A stretch of DNA of 63,723 nucleotides, filler included, from Chiloscyllium plagiosum (taxonomy: Eukaryota), in the NCBI RefSeq assembly GCF_004010195.1. It is 5 parts of one record of this genome, joined end to end, with 100 filler letters (N's around TTAATTAATTAA, not from the genome) between each part and the next. Parts side by side here need not be neighbours in the genome. Positions count along the whole stretch, not along the records: positions 20,188 to 44,750 come from NC_057714.1; positions 44,851 to 58,246 come from NC_057714.1; 3 more parts are not named here. One strand, 5' to 3'. A program made the position numbers and the translations under genes. Under the pieces are notes generated by a model that saw only the letters and a list, made by a program, of their open reading frames with translations, searched no databases and had not been told where the DNA came from. Below, piece by piece: positions 37,450-51,698 of this stretch. Every line of letters begins with the position of its first letter. Position 1 is the stretch's first letter.

Positions 37450-38170
37450 TAGAGTCATAGAGTCATCAAATTTTACAGCACGGAATCAGGCCCTTCAGCC
37501 CAACTTGTCCATGCCCACCAGGTTTCCTAAACTGAACCATTTGGCACATATCCTTCTAAACCTTTGCTATCCATGTACCTATCTAAATGTCTTTTAAATG
37601 TTGTCATTGTACTCACCTCTACCACTTCCTCTGGCAGCTCATTCCATATATGCACCAGCCTCTGTGTGAAAAAGCTGTCCCTCAGGTCCCTTTTAAATCT
37701 TCCCCCTCTCACTTTATACTGATGACCTTTAGCTTTGGACTCCTCTGCCCTGGGAAAAAGACCTTGGCTATTCACTTTATGTAAGCCCCCCATGATTTTA
37801 TAAACCTTGGAAAAGATCACCCTTCAACCTCCAATGTTCCAGGTAAAAAAAAGTCCCAGTCTATTCAGCCTCTCCTTATAACTCAAGCCCTCCAGTCTCA
37901 GTAGCATCCTTGCAAATCTTTTTTGCGCCCTTTCCAGTTCAATAACATTCTTCCTAAAGGAGGTCCATGATAATTGTAGTCAATACTCCAAACGTAGCCT
38001 ATCAATGTCTTGTACAGCCATAACATGATTGTCCAACTCCTGTACTCAATATTTTAAGCAATGAAGCCAAGCATGCCAAATGCCTTCTTCACCACCCTGT
38101 GATGCCACTTTCCAGGAACTATATAACTGCACCCTAACATCTGTCTGTCCAACAACACTCCCCAGAACCT
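37450..38170 (-). mobile_element. CR1 LINE 3' end
   Basis: KVYKIMGGL..YKVRGGRFKRDLRDSFFTQRLVHIWNELPEEVVE. Confidence 0.85.
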
Positions 38171-38290
38171 TACGTTTCAATTTAACATGTTAAAAAAATT
38201 AGAAGGATATGGACCATGTGTAGGCGCATAACCTCCCTGCTTTTAAACTCAATGCCTTCCGCAATGAATGACAAAATTTCATTTGCCTTC

Positions 38291-38595
38291 TTAGATTACT
38301 TACAGTATGGAAACAGGCCCTTCGGCCCAACAAGTCCACACCGACCCGCCGAAGAGCAACCCACCCATACCCCTACATTTACCCCTTACCTAACACGACA
38401 GGCAATTTAGCATGGTCAATTCACCTGACCTGCACATCTTTGGACTGTGGGAGGAAACCAGAGCACCCGGAGGAAACCCACGCAGACACGGGGAGAACGT
38501 GCAAACTCCACACAGTCAGTCGCCTGAGACGGGAATTGAACCTGGGTCTCTGGCGCTGTGAGGCAGCAGTGCTAATCACTGTGCCACCGTGCTGC
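38291..38595 (-). mobile_element. Full-length HE1-type SINE
   Basis: Highly similar to 22280-22598, tRNA-like head at the right end. Confidence 0.85.
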
Positions 38596-40854
38596 TTAAT
38601 TACCTGTTGTACCTGCAGACCAATCTTCTGTGATTCATGCACAAGGACACACAAGTCCCTCTGCACAACAGCATGCTGCAATTTTTTACCATTCAAATAA
38701 GTCCTTTTTACTGTTATTCCTACCAAAATGGATAACTTCAAATTTACCAACATTATACTCCATCTGCCAGACCTTTACCACTCACTTAAACAATCTATTT
38801 TCCTCTGCAAATTTCAAAGCCCTCTGAACACTTTGTTCTACCTCTCATCTTAGTGTCATCCATAAACTTTGACACACTACATGTGGTCCCAACCCCAAAT
38901 CATCTGTGTAAATTGTAAATTATTGCAGTCCCAACACTGATCCCTGAGGCATACCACTAGTCACTGATCGCTAACCAGAGAAACACTCATTCATCCTCAC
39001 CCTTTGCTTCCTGTTAGTTAACTAATCCTCTATCCATGCTAATACATTGCCCGTAATGCTGTGCACCTTTATGTTATGCAGCAGCCTTTTGTGTGGCACC
39101 TTGTCAAAATCCTTTTGGAAATCCAGATATACCGCATCTACTGGGTCCCCATTGCCAACTGCACTCATAATATCTTCATACAATTCCAGTAGATTAGCTA
39201 AGGCTGACCTGCCTTTCATGAACCCATGCTGCATCTGTCCAATGAGACAATTTCTATCTAAGTGTGTTGCTATTTTTTCCTCGATAATAGACTCAAGCAT
39301 TTTTCCCACTACAAAAGTTAAGCTAACTGGTCTATAATTCCCATCTTTTGTCCACCTCCTTTTTTAGACATTGGCATCACATTTGCTGTTTTCCATTCTG
39401 CTTGAACTACCCAAAGTCCAATGAAATTTGAAAAATTACCACAAGCGCATTTATCATTTTCCTGCCATCTCTTTTCACATCCTGGGATGCATTTCATCAG
39501 AGCCATGAGACTTGCCTACCATTAGCTCATCCAACGCTACCTCTTTTGTGATAATGACTGTTTCTAGAACCTCACCTACCTTAGTCTCCTTATCATCAAT
39601 TATTAGCATGTTATTCATGTCCTCCACTGTGAAGACCTACACAAAATACCTATTCACTGCCTCGGCCATTTCCTCATATCCCATTACTAAATCTTCCTTC
39701 TCATCCTCTAAATAACCGATGGTTCTCGTTTTATATATTTATAGAAGCTTTTGCTGTCTGTCTTAATATCCTGAGCTAGTTTACTCTCATAATCTATCTT
39801 ACTTTTCTTTATGGCACTTTTTGTGGCTTTCTGTTGACCTTTAAAGTTTTCCCAATCTTTTAGTTTCCCACTGGTCTTTGTCAATTTGATAGCCTCCCTT
39901 ATTTCACCTATCACTACCTCACCACCTCTATCTGTGTTCACCTACCACTACCTCACCACTCCACCTCTCTCCCCACCCAAAACCCTCCCTCAATGCCCCC
40001 CCTTTATCTGAAGCTTCCCTCACCCCCACCCCCAGCTCTGAAGAAGGATTATACCCAAAATGTTGACTTCTTTACCTCATGATACTGCCTGGCTTTCTGT
40101 GTTCTTTCAACCTCCTGCTTGTCTCCCTATTTCCTTAGACATCCATGGCTGATTACCCCTTATTCTTCAGTCCTTCCTTTTCACTGGTATTTATTCTTGA
40201 TGAGTACTGTAAAAAATTGTTTTGAAATTTCTCCAGTGTTCGACAACTCTCCCACCATAAAGTCTATGCTTCCAATCTACTTTAGCCAACCTCTCCCTCA
40301 TCATATTGTAGTTTCCTTTGTTTAAAAGAACAGGACTCTGGTGTTGGATTTTATCATTCTAGTGTATTCTAAATTCAACTATACTATGACCGCTCCTTCC
40401 AAGAGAATCCCTAACTATGAGGATATTAATTATTCCTGGACCAGTTCAAGGATAACTTGCACCATCTTCAGTTCCATTACAAGGTTTTGAAGAAAACTAT
40501 TGTGGATACATTCAATGAACTCCTCCTCAAGGGGACCCTGACCAATCTGGTTTGACCAACTGACATGCAGATTAAAATCCCCCATGATAATTGCCGTACC
40601 ATTTTTAAAGGCATTAGTTATTTCTTTGTTCACTGCCCATCCAAATGTGATGTTATTATCTTGTGACCTATAGACTATGCCAATCAGTGACTTTTCTTCT
40701 TAGAATTTCTAATTTCCACCTTACTTTCCATAGAATGTAGATCATCTGTCACCACCACCCTGATCTCATCCTTAAATATCAGAGCTGCTCCACCTCCCTT
40801 ATTGTCTTGTCTGTCCTTCCAAACAGCCTAATACCCCTGGATATTTAACTCCCA

Positions 40855-41790
40855 GTCATAGAGATGTACAGCTATGGAAACTGACCCTTTGGTCCAACCC
40901 ATCCATGCCGACCAGATAACCCAACCCAATCTAGTCCCACCTGCCAGCACTCGGTCCATATCCCTCCAAACCCTTCCTATTCATATACCCATCCAACTGC
41001 CTCTTAAACGTTGCAATTGTACCAGCCTCGACTACTCCCTCTGGTAGCTCATTCCATACACGTACCACCCTCTGCATGAAAAAGTTGCCCCTTAGGTCTC
41101 TTTTATATCTTTCCCCTCTCAAACTAAACCTATGCCCTCTAGTTCTGGACTCTCCAGCCCCAGGGAAAAGACTTTGTCTATTTACCCTATCCATGCCCCN
41201 NNNNNNNNNNNNNNNNNNNNNNNNNNNNNNNNNNNNNNNNNNNNNNNNNNNNNNNNNNNNNNNNNNNNNNNNNNNNNNNNNNNNNNNNNNNNNNNNNNNN
41301 NNNNNNNNNNNNNNNNNNNNNNNNNNNNNNNNNNNNNNNNNNNNNNNNNNNNNNNNNNNNNNNNNNNNNNNNNNNNNNNNNNNNNNNNNNNNNNNNNNNN
41401 NNNNNNNNNNNNNAATCTGAGGTAACCTTCTTCACTGTCCACTACACCTCCAATTTTGGTGTCATCTGCAAACTTACTAACTGTACCTCTTATGCTCGCA
41501 TCCAAATCATTTATATAAATGACAAAAAGTAGAGGGTCCAGCACCAATCCTTGTGGCACTCCACTGGTCACAGGCCTCCAATCTGAAAAACAACACTCCA
41601 CCACCACCCTGTGTCTTCTACCTTTGAGCCAGTTCTGTATCCAAATGGCTAGTTCTCCTTGTATTCCAAGAGATCTAACCTTGCTAAGCAGTCTCCTGTG
41701 GGGAACCTTGTCGAACGTCTTACTGAAGTCCATATAGATCACATCTACCGCTCTGCCCTCATCAATTCTCCTTGTTACTTCTTCAAAAAC
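40855..41790 (-). mobile_element. Young CR1 LINE 3' portion nested in older CR1, spanning a gap
   Basis: FEEVTRRIDEGRAVDVIYMDFSK..GVPQGLVLDPLLFVIYINDLD..KFADDTKIGG; same subfamily as 12006-13210. Confidence 0.9.
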
Positions 41791-41852
41791 CTCACCATTC
41801 TGCAACCATATCTCTGTATTGGCCACTAAATCATTCTCACTCATGCTGATGA

Positions 41853-42480
41853 GATTAGATTAGATTACCTTCAGTCCAACAAGTGCACACCCATCCTCCG
41901 AAGAGAAATGCACCCCCCTATATTTACCCCTGACTAATCCACCTAACATTACAGGCAATTTAGCATGGCCAATTCACCTAGCCTGCACATCTTTGGACCA
42001 TTGGAGGAAACCGGAGCACCCTGAGAAACCCACGCAGACACGGGGAGAATGTGCAAACTCCACACAGGCAGTTGTCCAAGGCGGGAATTGAACCCGGGTC
42101 CTTGGCGCTGTGAGGCAGCAGTGCTAACCACTGAGCCAGCATGCTGCCCCTTTTATAGATAGATTGCCTACAGTGTGAAAACAGGCCCTTTGGCCCAACA
42201 AGTCCACACTGACCCTCCGAAGAGCAACTCACCCAGACCCATTCCCCTACATTTGCCCCTGACTAATGCACCTAACACTACGGGCAATTTACATGGCCAG
42301 TTCACCTAACCTGCACATCTTTGGACTGTGGGAGGAAACTGGAGCACCCAGAGGAAACCCGCACAGACACGGGGAGAATGTGCAAACTCCATACAGACAG
42401 TTGCCCGGGGCGGGAATTGAACCCGGGTCCCTGGCGCTGTGAGGCAGCAGTGCTAACCACTGACCCACTGTGCCGCCCAC
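41853..42480 (-). mobile_element. Two tandem HE1-type SINEs (41853-42150, 42155-42480)
   Basis: Two consecutive heads (gtgctaaccactg on +), bodies and tagat tails. Confidence 0.85.
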
Positions 42481-43141
42481 GTTGGTTGGTTGGTGCCATT
42501 AACTCATCTACTTTGTTTTGAATGCTATGAGCATTCAGGTAAAGTTCTTTTATACTAGTTTTTATACCTTGGTTTTGAATTCTAACGTCTCCATTAATAA
42601 TGTCTCCTAAGTTATCCTTCCTTTTAACATCTTCCATAGTCTGCCTTGTCGTTAAACCCTCCTGCACACATGCTAACCTGTTGCTTTCCTTTTACATCAT
42701 ACTTCCTGTCGCTTTCCCCTTCCCTTCTCCCCCACCCCGACTTGTTTGTTTAAAGACCTAGTGACCACCCTATTTATCCTTTTCACTCGAACACTGGTTC
42801 TAGATTGGTTCACGTGCAGACCATCCCATCAGTGCAGATCCCCCCAATTCCAAAACTGATATCAATGCCCCATGGAATGGAACCCACTTACCCACACCAC
42901 TCCTCAAAATTCTCTTATTTTCCTTTCCATAAGCCAATTTACATGTGGCTCGGATAGTAATCTGGAGATTATAAGCCTTGATGACCTGTTTCTTAATTTT
43001 GTTCCTTGTGCTTGTTAATCCCCAAAAAGGTCCTGCCTAGCCTTGTCTATGTTATTTGTTCAAAAGTGGACTACAACAACTTGGTCCTCACCCCTCCCCC
43101 CCTCCAATATTGTTTCAAACTGGTCAGCAATATCTCTCAGT

Positions 43142-43231
43142 ATTAGAGTGGTGCTGGAAAAGCACAGCAGGTCAGGCAGCATCTGAGGAGCAAGAAAATC
43201 GACGTTTCAGGCAAAAGCCCTTCATCAGGAA
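43142..43231 (-). ncRNA. Short Penelope-derived insertion with minimal hammerhead motif (core 43201-43228)
   Basis: Minus strand CTGATGA-A-GGGC TTTT GCCT-GAA-ACGT-C (G.U closing pair in helix II). Confidence 0.65.
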
Positions 43232-43519
43232 TCCTTCAGAGATGTCCCTCACCCTGGCACTGGGCAGGCAACATACCATGCGGGAATTTCGATCCTGCTT
43301 ACAAAGGATACTGCTATCTATTCCACTAATTATAGAGTCTCCTACAACTACCACTTGTCTTCTTGCTCCCCCCCTTTAGTAGCCTCCTATACCAGATTCT
43401 AAAGTTGTTTAAAACTCATCGATGCCTTTACACTTTTCAGAACAAAAGAAAACATAAAATGGCTGCAGACTAGTGCCCTGTACCTTATCACTAGTTGAGG
43501 ATATAATGGATAAGAAAAT

Positions 43520-44340
43520 AACAGATGCATGCTATTCTCTGGGACCAGAGAAGAAACACAAGGGAACCTATTGGGGCTAAAGGTTTATAAGTTCCCTGGA
43601 CCTAATGGAAGGCATGCTAGTACATTAAAAAGAGGGAGCTACAGAGTTAATGGATGCATAGGTAATAATCTTCCAAGGATTCTTAGATTCTGGAAAAGTC
43701 GCTGAATATTGAAAAACTTCCAATGTAACACGTTTATTTAAAAAGGAAAAGAAGCAAAGTTCAGGTAACGATAGGCCAGTTAGTTTAAAGTCCGTTAGAA
43801 GGGCATGTATAGAAGGAAGGTTAGCTCGATTAATTCCTGATATGAAAGAGCTCGCTTATGAGATAAGATTGAGCAGTTTAGGCACATACTCGCTAGAATC
43901 TGGAAGAATGAGGTGAGATCTATTAAAGTATATAAGATGTTAAAGGGGATTGACAAAGTAGACATAGACCAGATGATTCCCCTTTGGATTAGTGGTGATG
44001 GAAGAGCACAGCAGTTCAGGCAGCATCCAAGGAGCAGTAAAATCGACATTTCGGGCAAAAGCCCTTCATCAGGAATAAAAGGATGATTCCCCTTTGGGAC
44101 AATCTAGAATGAGAGTTCAGTGAGAAATGGCAGATTTAAAACAGAGATGAGGAGAAAGTATTTCTCTCAAAGGGTCACGAACGTGTGGAATTCACTGCTC
44201 AAGACTGTGGTGGATGCTGGGACACTGAATAAATTTAAGATGGAGCTAGATAGATGTTTAATCAGTAACTAAAGGGTTGGGGAGCATGCAGGAATGTGAA
44301 CTAGAGGCTGAGATGAGATCAGCCTTCATCCTAGTAAATA
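43520..44340 (+). mobile_element. Decayed CR1 fragment with Penelope-derived insertion 43988-44081
   Basis: CR1 motifs; insert flanked by 16-bp TSD GATGATTCCCCTTTGG (43972-43987, 44082-44097) and carrying minus-strand CTGATGA-A-GGGCTTTTGCCC-GAAATGTC (44045-44072). Confidence 0.75.
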
Positions 44341-44850
44341 GTCAGTCGGTTCAGTTGGCTGGACAGCTGGTTTCTGAGCAATGCTCGATTTAGGTCACAG
44401 TTTCAGAATAATACACTAACATTTTATAAAAGGAAACTTTCACAGCACTCACCCACATCCATTTACTGATATTTTAAAAAATGATCAATATTCCAAAAAG
44501 TTATAATAATAATATATATTACACAGCTTTACCAAACCTTGTTTATATTAAATCTGTTGCAGCCAATTTTATCTTCTACTTGGGAACAGATAAAGGTTGC
44601 ACCTGAAACCATGCTTTTCCCCCTGAGGTACAGTCACCTTCCTCTATTGCCCAATGTGTTCTTGTGCAGCAAGATTCAGTCTTGGAGGAGAAAGTGAGGT
44701 CTGCAGATGCTGGAGATCAGAGCTGGAAATGTGTTGCTGGAAAAGCACAGNNNNNNNNNNNNNNNNNNNNNNNNNNNNNNNNNNNNNNNNNNNNTTAATT
44801 AATTAANNNNNNNNNNNNNNNNNNNNNNNNNNNNNNNNNNNNNNNNNNNN

Positions 44851-45870
44851 AGAGATGTTAGGGGTAGGTTCTTTACTCAGCGAGTCGTGAGTTCATGGAA
44901 TGCCCTGCCAGTAGCAGTGGTGGACTCTCCCTCATTATGGGCATTTAAGCGGGCATTGGATAGGCATATGGAGGATAGTGGGCTAGTGTAGGTTAGGTGG
45001 GCTTGGATCGGCGCAACATCGAGGGCCGAAGGGCCTGTACTGCGCTGTATTCTTCTATGTTCTATGTTCTATAACCCTATCCACTTTGGTGGCAACTTTG
45101 AAGGATCTATGCACTTAAACACCAAAATTCTTCTGTTCCTCCACACTGCCAAGAATCCTATCTTTAATCCTATATTCAGCATTCAAGTTTGACCTTCCAA
45201 AATGCATCACTTCGCATTTTTCCAGGTTGAACTCCATCTGCCATTTCTCAGGCCAGCTCTGCATCCTGTCTATGTCGTGCTGCAGCCTGCAATAGCCCTC
45301 AATACTATAAATGGCACCTCCAGCCATTGTGTCATCGGCAAATTTACTAACTCACCCCTCAACCTCCTCATCCAAGTCATTTATAAAAAATACAAAGAGC
45401 AGAGGCCCAAGAACAGAGCCCTGCGGGACACCACTCAACACTGACCTCGAGGCAGAATATCTTCCAGCTACAACCACTCTCTGCCTTCTGTCAGCCAATC
45501 TAATTCTGAATCCAGATAGCCAAATCTCCCTGTATCCTATACCTCCTGACTTTATGAATGAGCCTACCATGGGGAAACTTATCAAATGCCTTGCTGAAAT
45601 CCATGTACATCACATCCACTGCTCTACCTTCGACCTGTCTCGTCACCTCCTCAAAGAACTCAATAAGGTTTGTGAGGCATGGCCAGCCCCTCACAAAGCG
45701 ATGCTGACTGCTTTTAATCACATTGTTTTTCTAAAATGTCATAAATCCTATCCCTCAGAATTCTCTCCAAAACCTTTCTGACTACAGACGTAAGACTGAC
45801 TTGTCTGTAATTGCCAGGGATTTCCCTATTACACTTCTATTCGCCTCCCTCCAATCCTCCGGTACAAAGG
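44851..45870. mobile_element. CR1 3' end (+, 44851-45072, (ttctatg)n tail) abutting CR1 RT fragment (-, 45073-45870)
   Basis: 3' end nearly identical to 61420-61628; minus strand [27 protein letters not shown] and LQHDIDRMQSWPEKWQMEFN. Confidence 0.85.
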
Positions 45871-48800
45871 ATTTCAATGAAATCTCTCATTCTTCTCAAC
45901 CCCAGTGAGTAGAGTCCTAATCTTTTTACTTTTGCTCTTAAGACAATCCCTCCATACTCTGAATCATCCTAGTGAGTTTTCTCTGAGCTGACTCCTAAGA
46001 AATGATACATTATCTTAAATAAAGCGGCAAATTCTGGACTGCAGTGATTCAAGAAAGCAATTCAGCCACCATCTTCTCAAGGGCAACCGGGATGGGCATA
46101 AAATTCTGGCCAGCCAGCCAGTGACACCCATGCCCCAGAAGTGAATGAATTAAAAACAAAAGATGGTGGTGTTCCCATGAATCCGCTCATCTTTGTAGGT
46201 GGGGGTGTTTGTAACACTACATCCCCCTTTTCCAAAGAAAAATTCCAAACCGATCTATCCTTACTGTTGGCACATCTCAATTCAATAATTATACACCATG
46301 TCAGAACGCTATTATTCAAACTTAAATTTAACTTCATAACATTACACTGAAGCTTTGATAAATTATCCTGATTGGTTGCGTACCCAGTTAGAGAGGTACA
46401 TATTCTGCTTGTTTGCCCTGGGCTGATGACCTTTCTTGCCACTGGTTTTCATTCAGCATCATTGCACACTCACCACCAGTATAGTTTTCTTTCTCCCTTT
46501 CTAAGCATGATTGACATTTCATATATCAATGTGAACTAGCTTCTGTTCCTTTGAAATGTAGCACCATGATCAGTAGTCACTTTGTATGAGCTGTGCTGTT
46601 GAATATCTTACAATCCTTTGCTGATACCCAGTTATTAGTGACTCTCAGTTTCTGTTTGGTGGATAGTTATGGTGCTTCTCTACATGCTCACTGGTAATGC
46701 ACCTATCTCATTCTCCTCTATTGGAAGAGAAAAATTCTGTTCCTCTTTCGTTCTCTCCACAGGATGGGTGTGGATTGAATCTCTGTGGATGGTTATGATA
46801 CTGAGATTTATGTCTGATAACTATTACAACACAGGGATAGCAAGCCAAGCCAAATCAGCCTCACTATCACTGAATTCACAACACAGTGATTTTTTTAAAA
46901 GGTTCAATTACCTTCAAAGTTCCTCAATTCTTCCTAACCAGACTTTATTTATGACAAATCTTGGACACTAAATTTATAACTTAAACAAAATTCATAATAA
47001 ATTGTTAACTTTATTATAAATAATGTAGGCAGAGCATAGATGAATAACAGGGCAATCTAATTAATAACTTATGATCTAAGTCCAATCTTTTAGAAGGCCC
47101 TGTTGTGGTGCAGTGGTACTGTCCCTACCATTGAATTGAGAGATTCAGCTTTAAGTCCCACCTGCTCCAGAGCTGTGTAATAGCACCTCTTAACAGGTTG
47201 ATGAGGGAAATGGATTAAATAGAAAAGAAAGCTAAACCTTTTTTTATCACAAATCCTGCAGTCAATGACAGACAGAGTTATGGAATAATTTTTTAAAAGT
47301 AAAATAATCATAATTTGTCAGTTCAATAACCACCTCAATGAAATATCAGGCTTTCATTAAATCCTTGGATGATGGGTTTACAGAACTGTATATCTTGAAT
47401 TTCAAAGTCACAAGTCAATGCAAACGGCTTCCACAGACCTCTGGTGACTGAATTTGTTTCTAAGAATCTGGATTCTTTTCTAGGATCTTTCAACAAGTTG
47501 ACAACTGGAAAATAACTACAGAAGAAAATGAAAATTCCAGTCCTGTTCAGCTGCTTCCAAATTAAACTGCCTACAATCCAAAACCCAAGTCAGAGCTAGT
47601 TCATTCTTTATTTTCTCTTTTGTTCCCAATGTTCTCTGTGACTGGTTGGCCAACACCAGTCTTTTTTTCATTGACCAGTTCAACATTCAACCAGCTCCTG
47701 TCCCTGAGTATAACAATATCTTGGTGTCAGTTCATCCATCGTGTCCTTAGAGCAGTTATTAACCTGCATCATCTCTCCAGGCCAGTTTCCAATAGCAACA
47801 TCAGAGTTCTGTTCTCTTATTTAAACCAGCTACTGATCAAAGTTCGATTCTCAACACCAACTGTCAGTTCCAAACCAAAAATTTAAAAAATGAAAGGAAA
47901 ATAATGATGGTCTCAACTGAAGATATTATTAAAGGCATTGCACCTGAGCTACAAATAAGTCATTCATTCTGCTGCTCTTAAAAGTAGTTTATTTGTGATT
48001 TGTGTTCAGTGTTCCTTTAACCACTGTCTTCATTTCAGGTGTTTAATTACAAATATGTAGATGTTTGTCATTATTGAGAATAACAGAGCTGATAATTCCC
48101 TGTGCTTACAATAAGCTTCCCAAAGAATATAATTTTCTGTCCCTTGTACTCTGATTTTTACTTACCACTCAGAGAATATGTTCTATCATGTTATAAGATA
48201 TTGGCTCAGTGGGTCTATCTAGGAATTAGTGACGTAATGCATGCTAGGATGGCCCCAGCATGAATCCTCAATCTCTGCCGTTACATGATTTCAGCTATAA
48301 TGTGATACGAGCATTGAATGTTTCTTTTTGGCATCATACACCTCCAGAGGGGAAGATTCAGGCCTGAACATATTGAACATGTACATATGGATACCAGCCA
48401 AGGTTTAAATAGAGTTTCATTGTGATACCAGTGGCGTAGTTTGCCACTCTAAGGTTTGCACAGAACAATGTCCACTTGGGCAACCTGGAGCCAACAAGGA
48501 GTCAAGCACCTGATAGATCAGGCACAGAACCACTTTGCTGGTTTACTCATTTTCCTCCCCATCTTGAATGTTGAAGCCAATTGTAATATCTGTGTAGCCA
48601 CTCCACTGAGACAAACCAACCCAGGATTGAGCAAGGGAATGTTGCTGTTCACTGTCTTGAATTGCCAAAGCATTTCCAGCAAGAAGCAGTACTAGTGAAT
48701 TAACGTCCCACTCCCCAGTGGCAGAATGAGGTTGAGTCAATTTAATTTTATTTACATTCCTTCACCCATTTCTCTCCCAGTAGGGGAACATTAAAAACCA

Positions 48801-50882
48801 AGGATGGGTTCTAGGGCACAGGGTGGTAGGGTTCAGGGGATGGGAGTGGTATGGGCATTCTGATGGCTTGAGAGTAGTTTAAGTAGCTCTAAGTATTTTA
48901 ATTGCTGGTAGAGTTTTAATTACCTGCAATGACTTAACCAGCTTAACCTTTAAGAAGCTTACTCTGTTATTCTCATTCATTCAGTATAGCAATGTTTCAT
49001 TGAACAGCATTTTTAAGTATTGATCGGGGAATTGATAAGAAATTTATTAGATCACTATTTAACCTAACCGTTGTTCAATAATGAGAATTTAAGCAGCACT
49101 TGAAATGGAAATTGTTATTCTTATAGTAAATGATGACGTAACTCATGTTAACGCAAAAACAGGGACCAGAGAGAAAAATGTAAAGAGCAGAACTTTGACA
49201 TTGCAAGAGAATTATTTTCAGCAACCTGTAAATATACAAATATCAATATTGTGTTGCAGTACTGAAGAGAATGGGATTGTCCTTTTTTTGAGGATAAGGA
49301 CAATTAAAGAGCACTGGAGGTAAAGACTAGCAGCTTAGAAAAGGGAGCACCCTTGGAAGGTCTAGTGCACATCCGATGTCCAAATATGCATCAGTATCTA
49401 TCAAACCACAGGAAGGAACAACTGTGGTGTTGTGCTGAAGGGTCACCTGACCTGAAACATTAGCTCTACTTTCTCTCCACAGATGCTGATGACCTGCTGA
49501 GTTTTTCCAATAATTTGATTTTGTTTCTGATTTCTAGCATCTGCAGTTCTTGTTCTTTGTGACCACAGAGATATTTTAAAACACCTAAATAAAATTCTTA
49601 CATACACAGATATGACACCTAGTTTTTTTTTAAGTACAGTATGTCCACAATAGAAGATATACAATGCTGACCTATTATCTGTGAGCCAACCGTACAGAGT
49701 ATTTGTGACATTATAATTTCAGATGTTCTCATTATAAGGTTATTAACCTGAAAAGTAAACAGGCTCTATCTGTGGATGCTGCCTGACCTGAGGATTTTCA
49801 GCATTTGCAGTTTTTTTGTTGTTTCCATGTGAACCTGCAGAAGTGAATTATTCAAATAGTGACCGATAACACTGTTCACTGCTAGAAAAGTACAATTTGT
49901 GTTCTGACTGAGAATAGTGCTAATGTGACTTTAATAATTAATGTAAATATCGACTATAAATTATGCTCACTTGAATCATAATCTTTCCAGGTCATTGGTG
50001 GAGTCAAGTCATTATGCCTGATACGCTCAGTCAGAATCACTTTCATCAGCTCTACTGAATGTATTTGAGGTCTAGCAACTGATTCAAAACATTTATCCTT
50101 TAATAGCTAATCATACTCTGTAGTTTGAGTTAATGGAGACAGATAGTCAAAACATTTGTATTAGTTTCCTCCCATTGCATTCTTAATTTAAGAACAAAGC
50201 TGGAAAACCCAACAGGTCAGGCAGCGTTTGTGGAGAGAAAAGGTTAATATTTCGAGCCAATGATCTTTCGTCAGTACTGAAGTGAAGTAGAAATATGAGG
50301 CTGTGATCTAGTGGAAATAGAGAATTGCAGGAAGAATAAAGGAAAACATCAGTGATAGAGTGAAGATCACGGGAGATTAGCAAAACAATTTCATGACACC
50401 AAAAAATTCATATTGGGCATCATGATACAACAAAGGTAGTGTCTAAATGAGGAATGAAATGTTTCATAATTTGAACGAAACATGAAGGGATCAAGAAGAA
50501 AAAAACAAAGACCAACTCAAAAAAAAATAAAAAAAGGAACAACATAATTTGATAGAGGCAGAGGTTATAATCTAAAACTATTGACTCCAGAAGGATGTCG
50601 AGAGTCATAGAGATGTACAGTTAAAAAATAAGGTGATGTTCCTTGAACTTGTATTCAGATTCATTTGAACACTTGTAGCAGGCTATGGACACAGAGTTGT
50701 GTTCTACAGACAACTAGTCCTATGCTTAGTGTCCGCTTAATTCTATTTCTTTAAAATTTCCCATTTTTTCACTGCCTTATGTTCCAATGCGGAGGTCGAC
50801 GCTCCTCTGATAATTAAATCCGAAACACACAGAGAAGATCTCCTCGTTTCATACTCTGATAAAGAAGGGCGACAAGGGGTAT

Positions 50883-51045
50883 AGTCTAGATTAGAGTGGT
50901 GCTGGAAAAGCACAGCAGGTCAGGCTTCATCAGGGCTTTTGCCTGATTTTCCTGCTACTCGGCTGCTGCTTGACCTGCTGTGCTTTTCCAGCACCACTCT
51001 AATCTAGACTCTGATCTCCAGCATCTGCAGTCCTCACTTTCGCCT
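50883..51045. mobile_element. Penelope-derived fold-back mini-element with TSD
   Basis: AGTCTAGATTAGAGTGGTGCTGGAAAAGCACAGCAGGTCA paired with TGACCTGCTGTGCTTTTCCAGCACCACTCTAATCTAGACT; TSD GACAAGGGGTAT at 50871-50882 and 51046-51057. Confidence 0.85.
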
Positions 51046-51553
51046 GACAAGGGGTATTACCTATCTCTCGACCTCTAATCTGTTACGAAGGTGTGGTTAA
51101 ATGAAATCAAATCCTTTCACTCACTCTGCAACTAACAAGTAACAACTTATTCAACTCTAACAGTAAACAATTTAACAGAATTACTAACAAACCAGACAAT
51201 TTTCCCCTAAGTACTAACTATACCCGAGCTAAACTAAATTCTACTGGAATGAATGCTGTTCAAATTAACACAAGTTCCACATGTATAAACCCAATTAATA
51301 AGAAAGCAATAAATTTAGAACTTAATCTCACGAAGTTCATACAGACTGGGTCCTTTGGAATATTCTTTTATCCTATCCAGCCTTTCTCCTCTGTCCTCTC
51401 CTGCTATCTTCCTCTGTCCAAAACATCATCTCAATCTGCTGAATTCTGGGGTCTGAGATATTAGTTGAATGCACCATTTTGGAAGTCTACATTTTAGAAA
51501 GTCAAAACAGAGCAGGACACATACACTTAATGGTAAGGTCCTGGGGAGTGTTG

Positions 51554-51698
51554 GAAATGTGTTGCTGGAGAAGCGCAGCAGGTCAGGCAGCATCTAGGGA
51601 ACAGGAGAATCGACGTTTCGGGCATTAGCCCTTCTTCAGGAAACTCCAGCAACACATTTCCATCTCTGATCTCCAGCATCTGCAGACCTCATTTTCTC
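51554..51698. mobile_element. Penelope-derived fold-back mini-element with intact hammerhead core (51612-51639, minus) inside a CR1 fragment
   Basis: TSD TCCTGGGGAGTGTTG at 51539-51553 and 51699-51713; inverted TGGAAATGTGTTGCTGGAG / CTCCAGCAACACATTTCCA; minus strand CTGAAGA-A-GGGC TAAT GCCC-GAA-ACGT-C. Confidence 0.85.

Larger units (their letters stand above)
38225..43380 (-). mobile_element. Near full-length old CR1 LINE (ORF1 esterase, endonuclease, RT) split by younger CR1, SINE and Penelope insertions
   Basis: ORF1 VVVGDSIISGID..DRNSRMVCCLPSARVRDI (43231-43354); EN LYLNAHSIQNKVDEL and IIMGDFNLHVSW; RT QHGFMKGRSALANLLELYE..YLDFQKDFDKVPH. Confidence 0.8.
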